Shown piece by piece: positions 49,049 to 58,503 of a DNA stretch of 64,000 bases. The DNA comes from a virus. The stretch is from the IMG/VR virus record IMGVR_UViG_3300035698_017111, positions 82,773-146,772 of that record. One strand, 5' to 3'. The translations under genes were made by a program, and so were the position numbers. The first letter of the stretch is position 1. Each line of letters starts with the position of its first letter. Under the pieces are notes generated by a model. It was not told the DNA's origin. It saw nothing but the letters and a program-made list of their open reading frames with translations, and searched no databases.

Positions 49049-50060
49049 TACTTACATAATGATCCATAATTTTATTTGCCATACAAAGACTTTCATTGTC
49101 ATCGGTAAGCTTCCAATGATACAGAAACGATGCTATGACTGTGGGATAGTCAATTAATTCTGATCTACGATTATTCTCAGATACAACCTCGCCAGAAAAT
49201 AGAACCTTACTCTTTTCCCATTCTATGCCACGATCAATTGATTCCCTAAGTTCAATGTTTAATTTGGAATCTCTTGACAATTGTGAATAATGACTATATA
49301 TAAAAATCTCTTGAGCTTTAAGTAAATTAACAGCCTGATAACTACTGTCGAATCCACCCAACGTAATCCACGATCCATCATCCCTTTGTCGTTTCATGTT
49401 TTCTTTAGAAAATCGTAAACTAAAACACAAAGAACGAGTTCTCATCAAAGAAGATCTTGTCCCCTTTGTCAACGAGAGAGCACCATCTTCTTTCCTTGTA
49501 ACAAAACCTATATCAAGATCATCCATAAAAATAAAACCAGATGCAAATGCCAATGCATCGTATAATAATCTTTCTGGAAAATCGTTTGCCTGAGAAACCA
49601 ATGCCTTCTCTTTGGGTGCTATATAGTACATGGCTCTACCAATACCATTTTTAAATTCTTCCATAGAAGAACAGTAATCTGAAAAATGGCTATTTTTAAG
49701 CATTAAATATGAATGAGAAGCTGCCTGTATGAACTCAATGTTGTCTTCCATGGCATTGACATCATACATATCAATTCCCCAGATATTATTATTGAACGTG
49801 CCATCTGAATTACATTGTCGAAACCCATACTCAATTGCCTTGACACCCTTTTCAATAAACCTTTCATCATCAAGAGAAATCCCTCTCTTTATGAAATCAG
49901 AGCATATCTTTTGTGGAGATACATGTAGAAATTCGCCAAATTGATTGGTTAACTCAGCACCATCGTCGTCAATATGATCCAGATGCACTGTGTATCTGAA
50001 TAGTCTTTGAAAATGTGGGTCACTGAGGATAGAAACTTCTGTGTCTTGTTTTATTTCCAT
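49038..50060 (-). CDS. Hypothetical helical-repeat protein
   Basis: 340-aa ORF with QxxDG motifs and GGFDSSYQ; TCGTATA motif upstream. Confidence 0.6.
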   Translation of the reverse strand: MEIKQDTEVSILSDPHFQRLFRYTVHLDHIDDDGAELTNQFGEFLHVSPQKICSDFIKRGISLDDERFIEKGVKAIEYGFRQCNSDGTFNNNIWGIDMYDVNAMEDNIEFIQAASHSYLMLKNSHFSDYCSSMEEFKNGIGRAMYYIAPKEKALVSQANDFPERLLYDALAFASGFIFMDDLDIGFVTRKEDGALSLTKGTRSSLMRTRSLCFSLRFSKENMKRQRDDGSWITLGGFDSSYQAVNLLKAQEIFIYSHYSQLSRDSKLNIELRESIDRGIEWEKSKVLFSGEVVSENNRRSELIDYPTVIASFLYHWKLTDDNESLCMANKIMDHYVSISQ

Positions 50061-50164
50061 TTATTGTACCTCTGTGTGGATATACGAGAAATAATGGCCA
50101 TTTTAATACACTTGACATCCTTCTACTGAATTGATACAGTAAACCATGTTAGGAGATACGACCA

Positions 50165-50299
50165 ATGTTCAATCACTGCGGCAAATGTAGTCCAAAAAAA
50201 GATCCTGAAAAAGATCCAACAAAAGGTTATGTCTCTGGTTTCTTGATTGTACTTGTCGTCTTCGTCATATTGTCCATCATTAGTTACTTCGCACATTGA
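50165..50299 (+). CDS. 44-aa membrane peptide not in the ORF track
   Basis: AGGAG SD; MFNHCGKC...GFLIVLVVFVILSIISYFAH. Confidence 0.55.
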   Translation: MFNHCGKCSPKKDPEKDPTKGYVSGFLIVLVVFVILSIISYFAH

Positions 50300-50311
50300 A
50301 AAGGAACAGAT

Positions 50312-50608
50312 ATGCGTAAACACGAAATGATAAAAATTGGTTTTAAACAATCAAAATCAGAAGAAACAACTCACGATAACACAGGCAAAAAGATTGGGCA
50401 TAAATGTGTTAGGTATGTGAATTTCCCAAAACACCAATGCATTCATTGTGGAAAGAGTTTTCTTCTGGATGCGAAAGAAGTTGCAACAATGCCAATGGTT
50501 ATGGCACAATGTTATGATGATGAAGCTGAACGTGTTCCCTTCAGAGAATGGATCGTAGCAAAGATATTTACCAACACCATAGATTGTCTTAAGGGAGAAA
50601 CAGAATGA
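50312..50608 (+). CDS. Hypothetical Zn-binding protein
   Basis: HKC..HQCIHCG. Confidence 0.55.
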   Translation: MRKHEMIKIGFKQSKSEETTHDNTGKKIGHKCVRYVNFPKHQCIHCGKSFLLDAKEVATMPMVMAQCYDDEAERVPFREWIVAKIFTNTIDCLKGETE

Positions 50609-51381
50609 ATATCACAGTACTTGGTTCAGGATCAGCATTTACTCTCAACAATTACCACACATCATACCTTCTCGATCTTACCAGTGACAATGGTATTAAG
50701 CCCAAAAGGCTTTTGATTGATTGTGGTAGTGATGCCCGTCATTCTCTCAACAAAATAGGGCTCTCACAAAAAGACATCCAAGCAGTTTACATCTCACATC
50801 TCCATGGAGATCATTGTGGTGGATTGGAATGGCTAGGGTTCTCAACCTACTTCGATCCAGAATGTGATAGACCAGAACTGTTTATTCCAGAATCGTTGAT
50901 AGATCCTCTTTGGAATTCTGTCCTTAGAGGTGGTATGGAATCGGCCGAAGGAGATATTCTCCAACTTAAAGATTATTTCGGGGTATTCCCATTGGAAACA
51001 AACAGAGAAATGAATTGGTGGGGATCTGCAATCAACATCATCCAGACCCCACACATCGTTAGTGCATTCCGAACTGTATATAGCTATAGTCTTATGATCA
51101 GTATAGCGGGCAAGAAAATACTCCTTGCCATAGATACACAATTCTGTCCAGAACTAATGGAAGACTTTTACAATAAAGCAGACTTGATTTTCCATGATTG
51201 TGAAACACTGGCATTCAAATCAGATGCCCATTCTCATTATGAAGATTTGAAGACTCTGCCAGACGAAATACGAGCCAAAATGATACTCACTCATTTTCAA
51301 GACAATGGGCCAATGGACTACGACGCATGTGCGGACGGTTTTAAATGTTTCGCTGAACCGGGCATGGTTGTTGATCTGTAA
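50605..51381 (+). CDS. Metallo-beta-lactamase fold hydrolase (RNase Z / cAMP phosphodiesterase-like)
   Basis: LGSGSA, LIDCG, SHLHGDH, HDC, HSHY, LTH. Confidence 0.88.
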   Translation: MNITVLGSGSAFTLNNYHTSYLLDLTSDNGIKPKRLLIDCGSDARHSLNKIGLSQKDIQAVYISHLHGDHCGGLEWLGFSTYFDPECDRPELFIPESLIDPLWNSVLRGGMESAEGDILQLKDYFGVFPLETNREMNWWGSAINIIQTPHIVSAFRTVYSYSLMISIAGKKILLAIDTQFCPELMEDFYNKADLIFHDCETLAFKSDAHSHYEDLKTLPDEIRAKMILTHFQDNGPMDYDACADGFKCFAEPGMVVDL

Positions 51382-51440
51382 GTGGCCATATTGACAAGCC
51401 AAGAGTAATCTGATAGAGTAGAAGTAGATCGGAGATACGT

Positions 51441-51752
51441 ATGACGTGTTTGCAGATTTTGCTTTGGTTTTTATCAATCTTTTCATTAGTATCATTTGTG
51501 AGATATAGGATACATCAAAGTGGATTAATGATATTGAACCTTTACGAGTTGCTTTACTATCCACTCGTTATGGTCGGTCCTCAGTTTTGTCTGTATCTGT
51601 ACAGTTCGACAATGGCACAATCAAGACCAGTGGCATATTTAGCACTTTCAGGCATACTGTTCTTAATCTGTACTTGGTTTTACTGCGACATGGGCAAAAG
51701 ACATTATGAAAGCAAACCACCTGAATACTGGGAGAAAAAGGCAAAATCATGA
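51441..51752 (+). CDS. Membrane protein
   Basis: Hydrophobic segments; promoter and GGAG SD. Confidence 0.55.
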   Translation: MTCLQILLWFLSIFSLVSFVRYRIHQSGLMILNLYELLYYPLVMVGPQFCLYLYSSTMAQSRPVAYLALSGILFLICTWFYCDMGKRHYESKPPEYWEKKAKS

Positions 51753-51946
51753 ACTGGACAAAATTCCGTAAATCATTATTCATAGCAACACTGGGTATTC
51801 CCATTAGTTTTGGTGGAGCATTCTGTGGATTAGAACTTCTTGAGTGGATGGTAAGACACATGTCATATTTGATGTGTAATTTGATTATTGTATGTATATT
51901 GATCCCTGTATTTACTTTCGTCATATATAGTATCCCCCCACGATAG
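51749..51946 (+). CDS. Small membrane protein
   Basis: Two hydrophobic segments; ATGA overlap. Confidence 0.55.
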   Translation: MNWTKFRKSLFIATLGIPISFGGAFCGLELLEWMVRHMSYLMCNLIIVCILIPVFTFVIYSIPPR

Positions 51947-51956
51947 GAGATTCGAA

Positions 51957-52213
51957 ATGCCAGAAGAGAAAAAAGATCTATTTGAAAGAATTATCAAACG
52001 GATTCGTATTCTTCTGCATGGTTGCGAATGGGTAGAGGTAAAAGAGGCACATTAGAAAGAGTAATTTCGAAACGAAATAGCATTCTTATTCTTGAGAAAT
52101 GTTCAATTTGCGACAAGAAGAGAGCTGTAGAACATATGCAAGATGGACAAGTGAAAATGGAATACGAATACGCATTAGAACTACTAAACGGAAGTTTTGG
52201 TACAAAAGAATAA
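51957..52213 (+). pseudogene. Small Zn-finger-like gene split by an apparent frameshift near 52040
   Basis: GGAG + ATG 51957 gives MPEEK...HGCEWVEVK then TAG at 52053; the -1 frame continues RGTLER...EKCSICDKKRA. Confidence 0.45.
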
Positions 52214-52343
52214 ATGAGGATAGATTTGGCCGAATGTTTTTTTACAAGAAATGGCTAAGAAAATTCTCTTGACAAAAATCGTATCGTTGAGTATGATTAA
52301 CATATGTAACGATACTAAGACGAACAAGACAAAGGAAACCAAG

Positions 52344-54764
52344 ATGACATCGAAAGATTTTTTATCATTTGAAAAATCAAGAGAGTTTGTTCGATCTCTT
52401 AATCTGAAAACTCAAAAAGATTGGTTTGAGTATTGTAGGTCTAGTGAAAAGCCTACCGACATTCCAGTACAACCATCCCAAATGTACCAAGACAGAGGAT
52501 GGCTTGGTTTTGGAGATTGGTTAGGTACTGCAAGTATAGCAAACCAACAAAAACAGTTCTTACCATTTGGTGAGGCAAAAGAATTTGTTCACTCTATAGG
52601 TATAGATACTGTTGTGCAGTGGAGGGAATACTGTCAATCTGGTAAAAGACCATGTAATATTCCTTCGGAACCAAGTAGAACATATTCGAATGATGGTTGG
52701 ATCTCCTGGAAAGATTGGTTAAGCAAAAGAATAGATTGTATAAATAAAAGGAGCAAACGAATGTCTGTTAAGACAAAAAAGATGAAGATTGTTAATAGTT
52801 ACGGAAACAAATTCAAGCACACCAAGAGAAAACTCAAGAAGACATACAAAAAAGGAGTCAGGGTTCCAAGAAAGTGGCAAGAGGAACTCTATCTTCAATT
52901 CAAGGAATCAGATTGGTTAAATATTATTGTCCCAACTGGCGGTGGTAAAACATTTGCTATGCAAATGCTTGCAATGGATTTTGCCGACAAGGGGTTTAAG
53001 GTTCTTTTTGCGGTTCCTCAGAATTGCATTAAAGATGAATTTATAGAGCCATTTAGCATGCAACGACCTGGTGACTCGCAGATTATCGACTGGACAGCCA
53101 AGAAAATGCCAGAAACAGCAAGAATAAAGTCTCTTAGGGAGTTTCTGAATGGCAAATACCCATTAAACAGAACGTATGACAAGATAAGGGTTATCAGTCA
53201 CAGTGCATTGTCTCGTCTTATGGGTGAGGTTACAGAAGAAGAAAAAAAAGATCTTTTCAAGAATGTTATTCTGTTTGTAGATGAAATGCATCATATTCTA
53301 AATTGTGGAAATGGTGTTGCGAATGGAATGGGACAGGTGTGTTCTTTCTTTCTTGAAAACAATCTTCCTATTTGTACTGCTACTGCCACTCCTTTTCGTG
53401 GAGATAAGGGTGAAATCATTCCAAACAAATACAGGGTAAAATTCAACGAGTATAAACTTTCTTACGTGAGACATTTCGAAGAAAATTGCAAAGGGTTGGA
53501 GTTTAAGAATTCATTTCTATTTCACGAGGGAGACTATCTCGCATGCTTGAGGGAATTTTACGATCAATTTGATATCAGAAAAGATATCATATTTATTCCA
53601 CATCCAAACCATCTAGCATCTACTGATTACAAGAAAGATGAAGAAGTAAACAAGGTGCTGCAAATACTATCCAATGGTAAACCAATCTTAGAGGTAAAAA
53701 CAGGAATCAATGCATACCAATTTACACGTAATGGTAGAAAAATTACTGTAGTCGATCTTGTGAACGAAACAAGAAGAAGAGAAACTCTATCGTACTTCAA
53801 CAGAAACAGAGAAAAAGTAGTGGATGTTGTAATTGGAATAAAAATTCCAATAGAAGGTTTTAACTGGCCGATAGCCAATAGAATCATGGCTGTTGGCCTG
53901 AGGGGAAGTCTGAATGAATTAATTCAGATGATGGGAAGATCTTTTCGACCACACAAGACCAAGGAGGATGCTAAAGAAGCCATTGAGATTTTTAACCTTC
54001 TTCCAAATATTGATGACGAAAGCCTTGGAGAGAAAAAAGAAACAGAAATGTTGACGAGTTTTAACGACATTATGAAAGGCGTTTTTACCTCTATGCTAGG
54101 TCAACTTGTTATAGATCCTGTTCTTGTGAAGATTCCAACAAGAAGTGGAGGTAAAGAAAAAGATTCAGTTGATGTTGTTAACTTAATCACGTCTCAAATT
54201 GGGGAAAATGGTCTTTTTGAATTATTTCCAGAAATCATAGGTTCTATGGTTGAGTTCAGAATGCTAAATCCAGAAGTTATTGAATCAGATCTTGAGAAAG
54301 AAGACCGTAGAATTATTGCCAAAAAAGCATACGAATTCGGAATCGATGATGAACATATCAATATTGTATGTGAAATGTTTGTGCAAATGATGATAGAGAG
54401 GGGCAAAAGTATGGTTAACGGAAAAACATCTGTTGATCGTCTTATCAAAAAAGCAAACAAAATAACCAATGGTCTCAATTCAAACGATACCGATATCGAG
54501 TTAATTACTCGTGACAAATGCCTTGGTTTCTTCCTTGCTTATGTAATAAGATGTGGAGTTAAAGACTTAAATAGGTTACACAGAATTCTCAATGGTCCAA
54601 ATCCAACCTACGAAGAGATGTTTCAAAAGAGTGTGCGTTTTTGTCACAAGTACGGCAGATATCCAAGTCCGACTGCAGATGATCCTGAAGAAAGAAGAAT
54701 TGGTCGTTGGTTGGCAGCAAGAAGAAAAGAAGGAAGAGAACTTGAGGAGAGTATTGCAAAATGA
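52344..54764 (+). CDS. SF2 (type III restriction Res-like) helicase with two N-terminal tandem repeats and a partial C-terminal HA domain
   Basis: PTGGGKT, DEMHH, TATP, EGFNWP, QMMGRSFR; N-terminal F.EA..FV.SL...W..Y..SG..P..IP..P...Y...GW..W.DWL repeats. Confidence 0.85.
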   Translation: MTSKDFLSFEKSREFVRSLNLKTQKDWFEYCRSSEKPTDIPVQPSQMYQDRGWLGFGDWLGTASIANQQKQFLPFGEAKEFVHSIGIDTVVQWREYCQSGKRPCNIPSEPSRTYSNDGWISWKDWLSKRIDCINKRSKRMSVKTKKMKIVNSYGNKFKHTKRKLKKTYKKGVRVPRKWQEELYLQFKESDWLNIIVPTGGGKTFAMQMLAMDFADKGFKVLFAVPQNCIKDEFIEPFSMQRPGDSQIIDWTAKKMPETARIKSLREFLNGKYPLNRTYDKIRVISHSALSRLMGEVTEEEKKDLFKNVILFVDEMHHILNCGNGVANGMGQVCSFFLENNLPICTATATPFRGDKGEIIPNKYRVKFNEYKLSYVRHFEENCKGLEFKNSFLFHEGDYLACLREFYDQFDIRKDIIFIPHPNHLASTDYKKDEEVNKVLQILSNGKPILEVKTGINAYQFTRNGRKITVVDLVNETRRRETLSYFNRNREKVVDVVIGIKIPIEGFNWPIANRIMAVGLRGSLNELIQMMGRSFRPHKTKEDAKEAIEIFNLLPNIDDESLGEKKETEMLTSFNDIMKGVFTSMLGQLVIDPVLVKIPTRSGGKEKDSVDVVNLITSQIGENGLFELFPEIIGSMVEFRMLNPEVIESDLEKEDRRIIAKKAYEFGIDDEHINIVCEMFVQMMIERGKSMVNGKTSVDRLIKKANKITNGLNSNDTDIELITRDKCLGFFLAYVIRCGVKDLNRLHRILNGPNPTYEEMFQKSVRFCHKYGRYPSPTADDPEERRIGRWLAARRKEGRELEESIAK

Positions 54765-55789
54765 ACAAACACCTAATAGATAAACAACGAAAAGATCTAA
54801 TGAATGAGAAGATGCCAGAGTGGTTCGACTGGGGCGTTGGCCAGGTTCTCAATGAGGAATTTTTACCATTTAATAAAGCAAAAAAGTTTGCTCGTTCCTT
54901 GAAGATTAGAGGATGTAGAGGATGGAGACAATATTGCCTTTCTGGAAATAGGTTAATTGGTATTCCACCTAGTCCAGAATGGGTTTATAAAAACAATGGA
55001 TGGTCTGGATGGAACGACTGGTTAGGTAATGAATGGAGAGAATTCGAAAGTGCAAGAGATTTTGTGCGTTCTCAAGGACTGAAGACAACGGGAGAATGGA
55101 ACAAATACAGTAAGTCTGGGGAAAAACCTAATAATATTCCTGCCGCACCAGATAAAACCTATCAAAACAAAGGATGGGTGTCTTGGGGGGATTGGATAGG
55201 TAGTGGATATGTGTCTCCTAAAAATAGGCAATATTTGTCATTCGTGGAAGCAAGGAAGATTGCACGTTCTTTGGGTTTTGGGTGCCAGGAAGATTGGATT
55301 GAGTACACAAAATCAGGAAGAAAACCAAACAATATACCAAGTAATCCATGTTCTAAATACAATGGCAATGGATGGGATGGGTATGGTGACTGGCTAGGTA
55401 CTGGAAACATCAGACCAAAAGATAGAAAATTTAGATCATTCGAAGAAGCAAGAGACTTTGTTCGATCTTTAGGTTTGGCTGGACTAAACGTTGTTGAAGA
55501 ATGGAGGAAATACTGCAAATCTGGGAATAGACCGAAAGACATACCATCCAATCCTCAAAGAACATATAAAAACAAAGGCTGGTCTGGTTTGAGCAATTGG
55601 CTTGGTAAAGAATATTTACCATTTGACGAAGCAAGAGAATTTTCACGTTCTTTGTGCCTAGGGGGGCAAAGAGAATGGACTGACTATTCTGCATCTGGTA
55701 AAAGGCCATTCAATGTTCCATCTAATCCACAGAAAATGTACAAAAATAGTGGTTGGATTAATATTGGAGATTGGTTGGGAACGAAATGA
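54761..55789 (+). CDS. Tandem-repeat protein (5 integrase-repeat-like units) with a ...PEWFDWG leader
   Basis: Five units of about 60-72 aa ending in DWLG/NWLG; ATGA-coupled to the helicase. Confidence 0.8.
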   Translation: MNKHLIDKQRKDLMNEKMPEWFDWGVGQVLNEEFLPFNKAKKFARSLKIRGCRGWRQYCLSGNRLIGIPPSPEWVYKNNGWSGWNDWLGNEWREFESARDFVRSQGLKTTGEWNKYSKSGEKPNNIPAAPDKTYQNKGWVSWGDWIGSGYVSPKNRQYLSFVEARKIARSLGFGCQEDWIEYTKSGRKPNNIPSNPCSKYNGNGWDGYGDWLGTGNIRPKDRKFRSFEEARDFVRSLGLAGLNVVEEWRKYCKSGNRPKDIPSNPQRTYKNKGWSGLSNWLGKEYLPFDEAREFSRSLCLGGQREWTDYSASGKRPFNVPSNPQKMYKNSGWINIGDWLGTK

Positions 55790-56482
55790 ACCTTAAAGAT
55801 AAAAAACGCTTCGAGAAAGAGTTCCCTGATTTCTTTGACTGGGGGCAAAGTAGATCAGAATCATTGCCGTTTGCAAAAGCAAGAGATTTTGTCCGTTCTC
55901 TTGTATTTAAAAACGCAAGAGAATGGGAAAAATATTGTAAGTCTGGAAACAAACCAAATGATATTCCGTCTTGTCCGAATGTAACATACAAGGACAAAGG
56001 ATGGACTTCGTGGGGAGATTGGTTAAATACAGGAACAATTGCTACAAATCTCAGAAAATATCTATCATTCGAAGATGCTAGAGATTTCGTTCACGATCTT
56101 AAATTGAAAAGCCAAAAAGAATGGAATAAATATACCACATCTGGAAACAAACCAGATAATATTCCATCTTGTCCGAATTTAACATACAAAGACAAAGGTT
56201 GGATAAATCATGGAGATTGGTTAGGTACTGGATTTGTTTCTACCAAACAAAGACAGTACATCTCGTTTGAGGAAGCAAAAAAACACATACATAAATTACA
56301 TATTGGAAAACAAAAAGAATGGTTTCTATATTCTAAATCAGGGAAAAGACCAAAAGACATACCAGCATCACCACATATTGTATATGAAAAATGGGTCTCC
56401 TGGTACGATTGGTTAGGCACAAAATGAACCTTAAAGAAAAACAACGCTTCGAGAAAGAGTTCCCTGATTTCTTTGACTGGGG
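55784..56482 (+). repeat. 61-nt direct repeat (55784-55844 and 56422-56482; 2 mismatches) encoding the leaders
   Basis: AAATGAACCTTAAAGA(T/A)AAA(A/C)AACGCTTCGAGAAAGAGTTCCCTGATTTCTTTGACTGGGG. Confidence 0.9.
55786..56427 (+). CDS. Tandem-repeat protein (3 units) with leader MNLKDKKRFEKEFPDFFDWG
   Basis: The ATGA overlap defines the start at 55786. Confidence 0.8.
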   Translation: MNLKDKKRFEKEFPDFFDWGQSRSESLPFAKARDFVRSLVFKNAREWEKYCKSGNKPNDIPSCPNVTYKDKGWTSWGDWLNTGTIATNLRKYLSFEDARDFVHDLKLKSQKEWNKYTTSGNKPDNIPSCPNLTYKDKGWINHGDWLGTGFVSTKQRQYISFEEAKKHIHKLHIGKQKEWFLYSKSGKRPKDIPASPHIVYEKWVSWYDWLGTK

Positions 56483-57602
56483 CGGTCAACATCAATTCTT
56501 GCCGTTCATGGAGGCGAGAGAGTTTGTTCATTCTCTTGGATTGAAATCAGTAGACGAATGGAGAAAATACTGTAAATCAGGAGATAAACCAGAAGACATT
56601 CCTGCAAATCCATGGAAGGTATATAGGGAATGGATTGGATGCGGAGATTGGTTGGGAAATGAAAAACTACCATTTGAAGAGGCAAGGGGAATCGTCCAGT
56701 CTTTAGGGTTGAAATGTCAAAGAGAATGGATAGAATTTTGTGCTTCTGGAGAAAGGCCACATAATATTCCAGCAAGCCCAGAAAACAAATACAAAGAATG
56801 GACTGGATACGGAGATTGGTTGGGAACTGGTACTATTTCTCCTCAGAACATGGTATATAGACCATTTGAGAAAGCAAGAGAATTTTCCAGAAAACTTAAG
56901 CTCAAAAAAAAAGATGATTGGATATGTTATGCTAAATCAAATCATAAGCCCAGTGATATTCCAGCATCTCCATCAAAAACCTATAGGGGGAAGGGGTGGG
57001 TGTCTTGGAAAGATTGGCTTGGTACAAACTATAGACTATTTGAAGAAGCAAGAAAATTTATTCGTTCACTCAAATTGGAAAGTTGGAAACGATATGTGAA
57101 ATCTGGTCAGTTGCCAGAAGATATTCCCAAAACCCCATGGTCGGTTTATTCTGATTGGAGAAACATGGCCGATTGGCTTGGTAGAGGAAAAATAAGCGGA
57201 AAACTTAAAGAATGGTTAGATTTTGAATCTGCAAGAAAAATTGCTCGATCTTTAGGATTAGAAAATCAAGCCGCATGGGCTTCTTATTGTAAATCTGTAA
57301 ATTTCCCACCTGATCTACCCACAAATCCACAGAGAACCTATGTTAATTGTGGATGGATTGGATATGGAGACTGGCTGGGAAACGGAAATATTGCCCCAAG
57401 ATATATGAAATACAGACCATTTACAGATGCAAGAGAATTTGTTCATTCTCTTCAGATACCGGCATTTAGGGGCACTGGAGGATGGATGGAATATTGTGCA
57501 TCTGGAAATAAACCACCAAACATTCCATCAAATCCAAATCATGTATACAGAAACAAAGGCTGGATATCTTGGCCAAATTGGCTTGGCCAAAATAAGACTT
57601 GA
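56424..57602 (+). CDS. Tandem-repeat protein (6 units) with leader MNLKEKQRFEKEFPDFFDWG
   Basis: The ATGA overlap defines the start at 56424. Confidence 0.8.
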   Translation: MNLKEKQRFEKEFPDFFDWGGQHQFLPFMEAREFVHSLGLKSVDEWRKYCKSGDKPEDIPANPWKVYREWIGCGDWLGNEKLPFEEARGIVQSLGLKCQREWIEFCASGERPHNIPASPENKYKEWTGYGDWLGTGTISPQNMVYRPFEKAREFSRKLKLKKKDDWICYAKSNHKPSDIPASPSKTYRGKGWVSWKDWLGTNYRLFEEARKFIRSLKLESWKRYVKSGQLPEDIPKTPWSVYSDWRNMADWLGRGKISGKLKEWLDFESARKIARSLGLENQAAWASYCKSVNFPPDLPTNPQRTYVNCGWIGYGDWLGNGNIAPRYMKYRPFTDAREFVHSLQIPAFRGTGGWMEYCASGNKPPNIPSNPNHVYRNKGWISWPNWLGQNKT

Positions 57603-57633
57603 CATACTTGGCCAACTGTGGTACAAATAGACT

Positions 57634-58326
57634 ATGGATACACTGCCAAAATTCTACTCCTGCCCAAAGAAATTCCGTGCCCGACAAGACACTATCATTT
57701 GGGTATACAGAAAACTGTTCTCATATAGAATTCCACTAGGAGAGCAGTACTGGACCATGTGCGGTCCCCATTCAGACAATGGCGTACTTCCTGAAGGGTC
57801 TGAGCTCATACAACTCGTCAAAGCAGGGCTAATAACCTTAGATCAATTCCATGGAGTGGACATCAATTCCGAAACAATACGAGCAAATCAAGAGGCAGAA
57901 CCCAGAGCAACATGGATCAACGCAGATATTTACGATGCAATGAATGGACACTTCGGCCGCAATGAACTTAACCCTGCAATCGTCTACGCAGATTTCATTA
58001 GCATGAAACGTTATGGATGTCAGAAAACAACAGAACTCTTACATTTGTTAAATGACTTGGATAAAGAAAACATTTTACTTGTATGCAACATTATGATGAA
58101 CAATCCTCATGAAAGGGGAATGAATTTTCATGAAACATTAAAGAAAGCAGATGATGAATTTGTTCTAATGGAATTCGAGGAAAATAATTTGTTTCAATTC
58201 ATATGGTCTGGAGGAAATTGGAAAAACTATGACGCCTGGTATGTCTACGAGGGAACGGGTGAAAAATCCAGAACTGTAATGGGAACGTTTTTCTTTTATA
58301 GAAAATCTAAGAAAGGAGAAATCTAA
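57634..58326 (+). CDS. Hypothetical protein, possibly SAM-dependent methyltransferase fold
   Basis: FHGVDINSETI, WINADI and IVYADF resemble Rossmann MTase strands. Confidence 0.45.
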   Translation: MDTLPKFYSCPKKFRARQDTIIWVYRKLFSYRIPLGEQYWTMCGPHSDNGVLPEGSELIQLVKAGLITLDQFHGVDINSETIRANQEAEPRATWINADIYDAMNGHFGRNELNPAIVYADFISMKRYGCQKTTELLHLLNDLDKENILLVCNIMMNNPHERGMNFHETLKKADDEFVLMEFEENNLFQFIWSGGNWKNYDAWYVYEGTGEKSRTVMGTFFFYRKSKKGEI

Positions 58327-58475
58327 TGGCTACTAAAACAGCAGGACAGAAAGCCGCTGAAACTCGTCGAAATAGAATCGCTGCAATGTCCCCGCAACAA
58401 CGGGCGTGGGTCACACGAAAACGACGTGAAGCAGCACGAAAAGCCGTAGCAACACGTCGAGCCAATAACCGATAA
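58326..58475 (+). CDS. 49-aa highly basic peptide not in the ORF track
   Basis: AAGGAG SD, TAATG overlap; MATKTAGQKAAETRRNR...RAWVTRKRREAARKAVATRRANNR. Confidence 0.7.
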   Translation: MATKTAGQKAAETRRNRIAAMSPQQRAWVTRKRREAARKAVATRRANNR

Positions 58476-58503
58476 TCTCACAATAAACTATTGGAAAAGG
58501 AGA

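Noticed and set aside
52344-57602. Diversity-generating retroelement or shufflon explanation for the repeat array
   Set aside because: There is no reverse transcriptase or recombinase nearby, no inverted repeats, and no adenine-specific TR/VR pair beyond a 61-nt leader duplication.
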